This document shows, one piece after another, positions 12,101 to 22,278 of a stretch of 64,000 nt of DNA. The position numbers were made by a program, and so were the translations under genes. The stretch is taken from NCBI GenBank assembly GCA_046563655.1, contig CM102287.1, forward strand, positions 9,486,001-9,550,000. Direction: 5' to 3'. The notes beneath the pieces are model-generated. The model did no database searches. It was not told the DNA's origin and saw only the letters and a program-made list of their open reading frames with translations. This stretch comes from Yuukianura sp. NJ FZ-2021 (Eukaryota). The first letter of the stretch is position 1; each line of letters starts with the position of its first letter.

Positions 12101-14117
12101 ACTTTCCACACACGAACTGTTCGCTTCAAGTCCACGAACAGCGATTGGTAGAAATTGTTTACTTTTGGAGACCAGCAAGTAGGAGCTTTTGAAATTAGAA
12201 ACAGAAAATACCAAAACCACAAGTCAAAATTTTGAAAAAATGAGAATTTCGAAAAACGACCAAAACTACACCAGAAGGTAAAGATTAAGTGAAAGTGTGA
12301 GAAGAAACTAACTACTAAAAGAAAAATGTACCAAAGCAAAAGAAGCGTTTTTTCTTGAAAAATTTTCAAAAAAGTTGGTTTTTTAAAAAAACTTAAAACA
12401 AACCTTGGCATTTCCATCGTTCTCTTTGAACACAGCATAGTCGAGGCCATTGAATCCAAATGAAATTGTGAATTCCTTGACAAAATCCTGAGAGTGCGAA
12501 CGACCTTTGACCTGGATTTGTGTTACGTTCTTGACTTCATGAAAGTCAATGATGAGCCCTTCACGGAAGTCATTGTTCGCTGGAGCCCAGGCAGTACCCG
12601 CTGTCAAAATAAAGGTCAAAAGGTCATGGACAAACAAGGTCAAAAGGTCATGGGTAAAAAGAGGTCAAAAGGTCATAGGTTAATGTTAGGAAGGTCAAAG
12701 GTTAATAAAGTTCAAAAAGCAAAATAAAAATAACGTGGCTTTCTCCATTTCTGTTCCCAAATTTCCCTTAAGCCAGTTTTTATTGAAATTGTAATTTTTA
12801 AGAAAAAATTTTGAGCAAGATGCTGGATGCTGATACTTGAGCAGCATTTTTTCATTTTCTGAGTCTTGCACCAGGTTTTTCGTCTTTTTGAAAATAGGCA
12901 CCGAGGAATCGTTCAATTTCGTCGTCATTTTGAGCCAAAAAACTTGAGCTGTCAATCAATTCATCAAAAGTCAACATCCGAAAGTTTCCGAGCGAGGTTT
13001 CGGCCGTTTCCGGAGGTATTTCTCGAGCGATAGCCGCAACATGCTCGTTGTCCAGAATGTGTTCTTCGAATGTCCAGTTTTTCAATACTTGGCAATCTAG
13101 TTTTCCAATTGTGCTTGTCAAAGGTTGACCTTGACCTTGAACTAGGTCACCTCTAGTTTCAAATTCAATTCGTTCCAGATCCAGATTCAATCCAAGGCCG
13201 ACTGCTTTGACATAACTTTCTTTAAGTGTCCAATGCCGCATGAACGCCTTGACTTGTTCTTGTTCTCCCGTCGGTTTTCGGATTAACTTCCATTCGTTTT
13301 CCGAAAATTGCCGAGTCATCAATCGGAAGAATTCGTTGACATCTTTTCCACCGGAGTACTCCAATTTCATGACATCCACTCCAATAAGTGCCTTGGGATC
13401 CATATGAGCAGCCAGTACGACATAGTCACCTTGGTGACTCACGTTGAGACTCAAGTCGCTATTGGCCGGTTGTGTCAGAATAGGCTTGTTGTATGAATCT
13501 CGTTGAAACTGGATTAGATCATTGGCAGTTCCCAGTGCTTCCCGAACACATTTCCTCAGTAGAAGTCGACCAATCAGGGACGAGTGAGCATCGCGACGAA
13601 ATACGAACTTGCCAATCCTGGTGACCTCTTCAGGCTGAATGAGTTGAATGGCATGACGAAGTTGAGATGGACTTGGTTTGTTTGACGGAGTATGGACAGC
13701 CCAGCGGATTGGAAATGACAAAGTATTGGGCATTTTGGGAACAGAAATGGAGACAAATCTTAGTAGTAGCAGCCTGGATCCTCCACTTGTTTAGAAAGTG
13801 TGATTGCAAAACGTTTTTATAAAGTGCTTTAGAAAGGAAACTGAGCTGGAAGCAATTTAGCACTCACAGTCTATCCTGGCGTCTTCAGCTGATCGTCCAG
13901 GAAGTTGAGATGTGGCTGACAGAGATGCTCGGTATAGCAGAGGTTCGGCACAGTAGTCTGTAACATTGAAAATCAATTAATCATTACTTGAATTACATCT
14001 TCCTAAGGTCACAGCTCAGTGACCAATGCATTGAAGTAACTTTTTGTCTAAAAACTTACCGTAACTTTGAACGTTAATCACAAGCAGTGTAGAGACAACT
14101 AGCAGAACAGTTTTCAT
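6153..14117 (-). CDS. Nrx-IV: Neurexin IV (Caspr family): signal peptide, discoidin, LamG, EGF, fibrinogen-like, TM, 4.1m and PDZ-binding tail
   Basis: MKTVLLVVSTLLVINVQSY exon 1; FIRINPTRWGERISMRIELYGC; IDPDGSGPLDPF; CDSNPCLNEGTC; HKGEYLTQED; C-terminal REWFI. Confidence 0.95.
8187..8270. repeat. 21-bp tandem repeat (about 3.5-4 copies) in a Nrx-IV intron
   Basis: Unit CGAATTACTTTCATGAAATT(A/G). Confidence 0.85.
9141..9645. repeat. 59-bp minisatellite, about 8.5 copies, in a Nrx-IV intron
   Basis: Unit TTTTTGGAATTTGGAATTATGTTATTTAAAAAGAGTGATTTTCCTACTAAACTTTTAAC repeated head to tail. Confidence 0.95.
12010..12185 (-). CDS. Nrx-IV: Alternative (mutually exclusive) discoidin-domain exon of Nrx-IV
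   Basis: AG acceptor and GTAAC donor; same phase 1-to-0 as exon 12404-12600; encodes PTCWSPKVNNFYQSLFVDL...EFVRQFQLQHSFDG, paralogous to GTAWAPANNDFREGLIIDF...DFVKEFTISFGFNG. Confidence 0.8.
12852..13733 (-). CDS. AASDHPPT: Sfp-type 4'-phosphopantetheinyl transferase, intronless, nested in Nrx-IV intron 2
   Basis: 293-aa ORF with NVSHQGDYVVLA, IGVDVM, F.RHWTLKESYVKAVGLGL; lies inside intron 12601-13867. Confidence 0.93.
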   Translation of the reverse strand: MPNTLSFPIRWAVHTPSNKPSPSQLRHAIQLIQPEEVTRIGKFVFRRDAHSSLIGRLLLRKCVREALGTANDLIQFQRDSYNKPILTQPANSDLSLNVSHQGDYVVLAAHMDPKALIGVDVMKLEYSGGKDVNEFFRLMTRQFSENEWKLIRKPTGEQEQVKAFMRHWTLKESYVKAVGLGLNLDLERIEFETRGDLVQGQGQPLTSTIGKLDCQVLKNWTFEEHILDNEHVAAIAREIPPETAETSLGNFRMLTFDELIDSSSFLAQNDDEIERFLGAYFQKDEKPGARLRK

Positions 14118-14941
14118 TGTAAACACAAACGGTGCTGTTGAATCATCTACGATTAGGGTATGTCGCCAAATTTAATTTCGTTGATGTTTTATCACTTCGT
14201 TGCTCAAAGATGTGCTCCTCTATGTGACCTCGTGACCTAAAATATAAACAAATGACACAATACATGAGTGAGTATGACAAATCAGGCTTAACATAAACAA
14301 ACAAGAGTTCAATTCCTTGGAAGACTATTAATAGTTAATCGTTCCGACTCGTCAATTAATCTAATCTACCCCTCACGTTCGCAGAATCCCAGCTTAACAA
14401 ATTCGCCACCCCCTTCTATGATCTAATTTCCTGGAACAACTCCGATCCCGTTAAAAACCAGTACACTTCGATTTCCTTCAGTCTAATTAACTTTGTTAAT
14501 TAGTGAAACAGTGTACAACTAACAATCAATCAATCGTTGAGTTACTCAAGTAAGTTACTGTCAACATTTTTTGTTTTGATATTTCAAATGGGAGGGGTGA
14601 CGGATAAAAATATTTCAGGAATTACTCACTACTTATCAGAGGTGGGCTTTTTTTTTCAATGTGCAAAAAGATGCGACAAAGTCAAAGGTGTGAAAAGTTA
14701 ACACCAAATTATCAATTACAATGAGTAACCCATTTGCCAATTTGAAGAATCTAAACCGAACTAAACGAAGCACAGAAATTTGCACAGAATGCATACGAGG
14801 TGCTTGTGCGCATAAGAATCATTAGGGTTTCAGAAGTGGTAGAACGGCAGAGGTCAAAGAGGTCAAATTTAGATTGAGTGTTTCTAATAACATTAGTACT
14901 GACAAATGACTTTTAATATTTTCACACATTAGCAGCTTAAA

Positions 14942-15864
14942 ATGTCTTCGCAACCTGTTTCATGGACACCTTTCCGGTTGACCTCTGACCCCTATGCGGT
15001 TATTCTCCTCAATCAGCCAATACATCTTCCAGTTTTAACTTTCATCAAACTTTGGAATGAAGGTATGTCAACACAAAACTAACTTCTTTTTTTCTCTAGT
15101 AGTGGTTTCAAAGTTTGGTTTCATTCATTTCTTGAATTTTTTAATTTTCAGCAACGTTCCGTATTTGTGTTGACGGTGGAACCAATCAATTCTATGATTT
15201 TGTTCAGAAAAATGGACGTGGCCTTGACCTGTTGACCCCGCAGCTCATCACTGGAGACTTTGACTCCATTCGACCCCAGGTCAAATCCCACTATGACTCC
15301 TTGGGAGTAAAGATTGTTGAAACAGAAGATCAAAATTACACAGACTTTACGAAAGCACTCAAAGAACTCTTCGCTGGAATTGAACGTCACGATTATCCAT
15401 CAGTAAGAAACGTTTCTGCAACGAATTTTTGTAAAATCTTATTCATTTTCGAAATGTGACCTTGGCTTGCTTCTTTAAAGGTCAAATCGGTGCTGGTCAT
15501 CAACGAACCATCGGGAAGACATGATCAGTTTTTTGCAAACATTTCAACACTTTGTAAGTTCCGGACAAGTGACATTCCAGTGTTCATTGTCAGTGAGGAG
15601 TCCATTTGCTGGATACTTGTGCAAGGGTCACATCGTGTTGAGGTCACGAAGGACTATGTGGGTCAAAGGCCTTTTTGTGGCCTTATTCCTCTCCATGGCA
15701 AGACTTTTATGACAACGGAGGGACTTCGATGGAACCTGGATGACAAGATGGCATGTTCTTTTGAGCCTGATGGAATGGTGAGCACCAGCAATGAAATCGC
15801 TGCCCAAACGCTGAAAATTGAAACTGACCGAGATATTCTCTGGACCATGAAATCATTCTATTAG
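14942..15864 (+). CDS. TPK1: Thiamine pyrophosphokinase
   Basis: AVILLNQPI, CVDGGTN, ITGDFDSI, EDQNYTDFTKAL, GRHDQ, CGLIP, TEGLRWNL, VSTSN; 3 exons. Confidence 0.93.
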
Positions 15865-16006
15865 ATCCATTTGTTAATAAATTTGACTCACTTGAGCTTT
15901 TTTCCATGTGAAGGCTGAAGAATTTAGGAGTTTTTTATTCGACTAAGCTTGACTGACGACACTGCGAAGACATTACAGAAGTTCCGACGTTCCGTTCATG
16001 CTGGTG

Positions 16007-16679
16007 TTACTGTTTTACCGATGATGAATTCGAGTCTTTCGTAGATTCGGAATTTTCTAAAGTCGAGGACGACGAAACGGTGGTAGTTGTGTGGGATAGG
16101 GCTGGACTGTTCATGTAATCTGATGCTTTGGTATAGCCAGCCACTGTGACCTCTTTCAATGTCTGTGGTGAGTGGGCCATGAAATCACATGTGACGGCTA
16201 CAGCCTTGTTCCAGGCGGGTTTCACGATACCATCTTTGTTACGAGTCCAGGACCAATCAAAGCTGAGCCAGTCTCGGTAAAAGTTAGATACAGCCTGAAA
16301 TGAAGGAGGCGATTTAAAAAACACTTCGAAGTTGACACCCGAGAATGTCGTTTTTCCGTACGGTGGTAGCAGGTGAAATGACGCTTGACCCGTAGTTGGT
16401 GACATCCGAAATTAAGTCACGGACGACTGGAGCCGAGTTGACAAATCCGTCTACTTCTCTTTTGATGCCTTCGTAATTCTGAATCGTTTCATCAGCGTTT
16501 TTCCAGAGTCCGGATTGGTAGAACATCGTCACTGCTCCAGCTCCGAGGCCCCATCGCACAGTGGTTCTAAAAATCGTAAACAAAACGTTTAGTATACGTC
16601 TTGTTTTGCAATATTCTCGCCAAAGTCAACGGTAATCTTATCCCCTTATGCCTTACCGAAGAATTGATCCAAGTCCCAT
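16007..16679 (-). CDS. MICOS13: MICOS subunit MIC13/QIL1-like
   Basis: MGLGSILR|TTVRWGLGAGAVTMFYQSGLW and a later WN motif (KPAWNKAV); 3 exons. Confidence 0.7.
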
Positions 16680-17512
16680 GATGGAGCAGACGTAGAATTG
16701 GGTTGAATAACGTTTACGGAAACTAAATAGTTAATTTAATTACCGGTAAAAGTTAATTTACCTTAGTTTCTAACCGAATTACAATTAAGTAACCAATTAA
16801 CACAGATTTCAATCCATCACCAGCTGAATTTTGATTTGCAAATTGAAGTCAGGTGTTTCTGTGAGAAACCCGGGTTGTTCTAAAAGACACACACAGCCTA
16901 GAAAGGATTATTCACCCCTTTCAGAAACACATACACAAATTAAGTAAACTTATAGTTACAATTGTGCATTACATTATTTCGTGAAATAATAGCATAGTTT
17001 AATTAATTTCAATTGAAAACTGTGCCGATATTGTAATATACAACACTGAATTAATTAAAAGAATGGTAATTGTCCATGTTGAGGTGAGGGTGCCAGGTAT
17101 GCAGTTCAAGAGAACGATTTGTCAGATTCGAAAACTTGAAATTTCAAATTCAAATTTTCTAAAATTGCTGAGTTTTATTTTGGACGGCATCGGCATCGTG
17201 CATGTGGAGGGAGAACGGACGAGCCAAAGTCACGCAAAGAAGACCAAAACAAAGGAATTTTTTTAGTTTTGGAACGATTGATTTTCTAAAGAGCTCCATT
17301 ATTTAGAAGTGTGTTTGTTCAATTCAGTTGATAAATAGTAACACAGAAGGACACGTTCAGAAACCGGCAGCGGAATTTGGCAAGTCACTGTTGAAATTTG
17401 AATACCTTTTTTCGTAAGTTGCAAAGTGGCATAACTTGCTTTGCTCAAATGTTAATGATTTGTAAATCTCTGTTCTTGAATAGGTCAGCTGAACCTACAA
17501 CAATTGGAATCC

Positions 17513-20500
17513 ATGGATCCCGACAACGAAGAAGATGAAGAATCGTACTACCGACGAGATTTGGGAGACGAAGGCAGAGATCGCGATAGAAGACGAAACT
17601 CCCAGGGAGGGCACAGTTCCGGCAGCGGTCGCAGCTCATACCAGGGAGGAAGGCAAGAAGCACACAGCAGTAGAGACTATGGCCGCGGAGGAGGCGGTAG
17701 CTACGATTCCAGTAGACGTGGTGACCGAAGAGACGACAGTTACCGCTCCAGTCGTGACTCTCCAACTCGTGAACGTGATGCCGCCTCTTGGCGAAGCAAA
17801 GATAGAAAACGAGACCGAGATGACGATTATGACATGGATGACTTTGGCAGGCAGCGGAGAGGCAGAGAGCACGATGATCCTTATAGAGAGTCTGACCGTT
17901 TTTCTGGAGACAGTCGATCCAGAGGTAATACCATATTGCCATTACATGCTTAATCTTAAGTTGAACGTGTTTAATAACGTTGCAATTTTCACTTTCCAGG
18001 AATTTCTCCAGCAAAACGTTTTCGGAATACTTCGCCCAGCGATGAAGGTCGTCCTCGAGCTTCTGATTACGTTCCAAGCAGCAGAGCTATTCTAGGAGAC
18101 GAGCGAGAACTAAAACACGGCAGTCCATCATCGTCACCCGGCAGCGAGAGAGGACGGAGACCAACCCGATTAGAAGACATTGGAAGGCTAGGACCGAGGG
18201 TGCGAAATGTTGGCGATAAGAGAATGGTTGGAGCGGAAGGTCGTGCTGGAGCAGCAACCTCAAGGGCATTTGAACGAGCCAGGGACAGATTCGATAACGT
18301 TAGATCACGCGCGATTGATTTGAATAGCAAATTGGGTACCTCGGGCTGTCCAGTCGATCTTATAGCCAACTTCTTCCCGATGCTGACGAAACCCACTTGG
18401 TGTCTCTATAATTACCATGTCAGTTATTCTCCAGATGAAGACAGCACGCCGATCAAGAAACGTTTACTCAGAACTCACAATGCACTGATAGGAGCCAACA
18501 TTTTTGATGGATCAAATATGTATACAATTCGACGTCTGGAGCCCGAGGTAAGCTTAAAGATTGACAAAGTGACATTATTAATCGATTAATCTAAGTTTCT
18601 AACACTTAATCATTCTTGTTTAGCCTATGATCCTAACTTCCAAGAGGGAATCTGATCAAGAAAACGTTCAGCTGACGATTACCTTAGTGTCTCAAATTCC
18701 CCCTGGAGATGTCCAGTATCTCCAATTCTACAATATCATCATTCGAGCCTGCATGAGTGCCCTTAAATTTGAAGAGTTAGGACGACACTTTTACGACAGA
18801 AACTCTTCAATCAAGATGCCTCAACATCACCTCGAACTCTGGCCAGGGTACATCACAACCCTGAGAAACTACGAAGACACTTTGATGTTATGTGTCGAAG
18901 TGACACACAAAGTACTGCGACAAGATACTTGTCTCAGTATAATCTATGCTCATCAAAGGGAACGTGACAGTCGTGAAAAAGCTGCAGAAGTACTTGTTGG
19001 AAGTATCGTCATGACCCATTATAATCGGAAGACTTACTGCGTAGACGATATCGACTGGACCAGAAATCCTCTATGTTCGTTTGACCTCAAAGGAAAAACG
19101 ATTTCTCTAGCAGATTACTACCGAGCCAAGTATGACATTAAGATTAAAGATTTGAACCAACCCCTACTTGTGTCAAGACCGAAGAAACATGCTATTCACC
19201 GTGGTGAAACGGCACCCATTCTACTAATTCCAGAACTGTGTCATATGACTGGCCTATCCGAAGACCTGAGAAGAAATTACAAAATTATGAAAGAGTTGTC
19301 GACTCATCTGCAGCAAGCTCCAGAACGACGGGTCGAAAATATTCAAAACTTCATGCGTCGTCTGCGGTGCTGCACAGACGTAAGTCAATTTTTCAACATC
19401 TTAATTCACTTTCTTAATTTATCGTTGATTAATTAACTACGATTACTCTTAGGTCCGCGAAATGATTTCCAAATGGGGCCTGGAATTTGAAGGGAGGTTG
19501 GTTCCAGTTCGTGGACGAATTGTGCCATCAGAGCAAGTGATATTTCGAACTGAATCGGATGCAGAAAGTGTCAAAGTGGGGCCAAGTGCTGATTGGACAT
19601 TTGCTTTCAAAAGTGAGTAAAGTTTCAAAAAAGTACAAAAAGAATTGAAAAAATAAAATTTTTAAGTTAAAGTCTATAATTTCAATTTGTGAATTTTTCC
19701 AGGTAAGAACATGTACGCCAGTATGAGGATGACAAGATGGGCACTGATTGTAACTCAAAGGGATTCGCGTGGTGTTGACCTCCTTCTGGACACGATGCGA
19801 ACTGTGGGAAGGACGTTGGATTTTGAAGTTTCACAGCCACAAGCACTGTAAGTTTACAAAAAAAAATATGGTGGACATGTAAACATGTTGAGTGATGCTA
19901 AACTTGATTTTTAGACTGAAACTTCCGGATAACAAGGTCCAAACTTTCGTTAACGCCGTGAACGACGTCATGTCTTCTCATAAGTATGTGGATATTATTC
20001 TCATTATACTGCCAACTATGCAACTGGAATTGTACTCTGCTGTTAAAAAACGGTGCAGTGTGGATTATGGAGGTGAGAAATCGTTCGATTCTACTTTGAC
20101 TTCTAACGTGTAAGTAACATTAATTTGATTGATTCATTGAATCATTTGTGTTGTAGTCGTTTCACAGTGTTTTCTATCCAAGCATCTTCAACCGAATTCC
20201 AAAGGTGAGTTTGGATATTTTGTTTTCTATAAGTGGACTTGTAATGCGTGTTTTGCTGCCTGAATTTTGGAGCTAATCGTAATTGTTTGTTTTGTGTTAG
20301 GTTTGATGTCAATTATAACGAAGGTCATTGTCCAAATAAATGCTAAGTTAGGTGGCGAACCTTGGGCTACTCACAATCCACTGAAAGCATCCGTAAGATC
20401 ATTGATTTTTTGGTGATTTACTTAAGTAGTACGTTGATTTTTGATTGGTTTTGAATTACTTTCCTCAGCATACCATGATACTTGGATACGATGTGTACCA

Positions 20501-21486
20501 CTGTGGGAAGAGGAAGGGAGCCAGTGTTGGAGCGTTGGTGGCCACGACAAATCGGGATTTGTCCCGTTACTATTCAACGGTTTCGTTCCATTCGTCCAGA
20601 GAAGAGCTTTCTGAAACACTATCTGCTGACATTATAAGCAAGACTTTGATAGATTATGGAAACTTAGGAATCGTTTTCCTAAGGTTTTAGATTGATTAAC
20701 GTTGGAATTTGTCTTTGTTTTGTTATTTTTAGAATGCATTTACGCTTTCAAGAGTAAAAATCAAGAGGAGGTGCCGGATAGGATAATCATGTACCGTGAT
20801 GGTGTCTGCGAAGGTCAACTGTCCTATGTCTACAATACTGAACTAGTTCAAATTAGGGTAAGAAAAACAACTCAATTAATTTCAAATTAATTAGATTAGT
20901 TGATTCTGATCCTTTTCAATTAATTTAACCTGGAAATATAAGTATGTCCTGATATCTTTAAAATTTTATTTTGTAGACAGCGCTAAGTTCCTTCTACAAA
21001 GGAGTAGGACGCCCTCCGCCAAAATTTACGTTGATAATTTGTACAAAGAGAGGAAATGTACGAGTTTTTCATAAAAGTGGGGCTGGAATTCGAAATCCTG
21101 ATGCTGGAACAGTGGTGGATAACACAATTACTTTACCTGAAAGGTAAGTTAACTTGTACTCTTAAGTTTTTTTGCACTTACGAAATGCATAGCCTAACTT
21201 CATGAATTTTGTTTGTTCCAGATACGACTTCTTTTTGATTGCTCAAGCTTCCAGACAAGGGACAGTTAGTCCCACTGCGTACAACGTAATTTTCGATGAG
21301 CAAGGTCTTGACCCAGACAAAATTCAGCGTCTGACGTTCAAACTCTGTCACTTGTACTACAACTGGAGTGGAACAGTTGCCGTTCCAGCGGTGTGTCAAT
21401 ATGCTCATAAACTGGCGTACTTGACTGGCTTATCCCTTGGACATCAAGCGCATGAGAGACTGGCACACTACCTTTACTTTCTGTGA
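17513..21486 (+). CDS. PIWI-clade Argonaute (Piwi/Aubergine-like)
   Basis: [76 protein letters not shown] and C-terminal LYFL. Confidence 0.96.
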
Positions 21487-22278
21487 ACGGAGATCTTGTG
21501 CCTTTAACATCACGTTGATTCCTCTCAACATTATCAATCAGAAAGAAACGCTGAAAGACAGGAAAATATTGCTGGTTACATTTTTTAGATCAAAAGTTTT
21601 TTTTTGCCTGAAAGGTTCATGTCACTATACCTAGAAATATGGAATTGTAATTAGTAGCAACTTGCTGCTGTTTAACCTAATTGTTAATTAGGATTATGAG
21701 CAAGCAGCAAAATCCTTCCAGAGACAAACCTAGATTATACTCTTAAACGTTTTCGCAACGTAAAATTATTGTTTTTTCTAATATAAATTCTATAAAGTAT
21801 TTTGCAACTAATTATTACTAGTATCGGCATTAAAATAACTACCTCAAGTTATACACGAGTGCGTTTTAATTGGAAGTTAGTTAAGGTGTCAATTAAAATT
21901 TTCCCAACACTAAGAGCTGAGAAGTGGGTGCATGTGTGTGTGCAAATGCGTATGCTGTTTACTACACAGTACGAGACTCATAAGTATAGTACGAGAGGTG
22001 CGAAAATGGAAAGTTATTAGTTATTCAGCAATTACTAATTAATTACTACGAGTTTTAAGTAGACTGATTAATCGGATTAACAGAATTGACCCATGGATCT
22101 CCTTCTTGTAAGTCTATCCTTTCAATTTTCAAGGAATAATATAGCAAGTAGGAATTTTTCCAATAGTATTTCATAATCCAACAGGTGACATATTGATCGT
22201 ACAATTAAATTCTTACAATGCTGGCCCGGGCCGCTCGCTCATGTTTTTTTTTTGTGTGCAGATAAAGCAGTAACAAAA

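Noticed and set aside
12308..12320. ACTAA HOW/STAR-protein binding sites between the Nrx-IV alternative exons
   Set aside because: The motifs are on the plus strand, antisense to the Nrx-IV transcript
12742..13753. Inverted repeat as the TIRs of a transposon that captured AASDHPPT
   Set aside because: No target-site duplication is visible in the flanks and one arm abuts the ATG, leaving no room for a promoter inside; not fully excluded
17445..18095. 210-aa antisense and 186-aa alternative-frame ORFs
   Set aside because: Shadows of the low-complexity Piwi exon 1, with no independent splice or motif support
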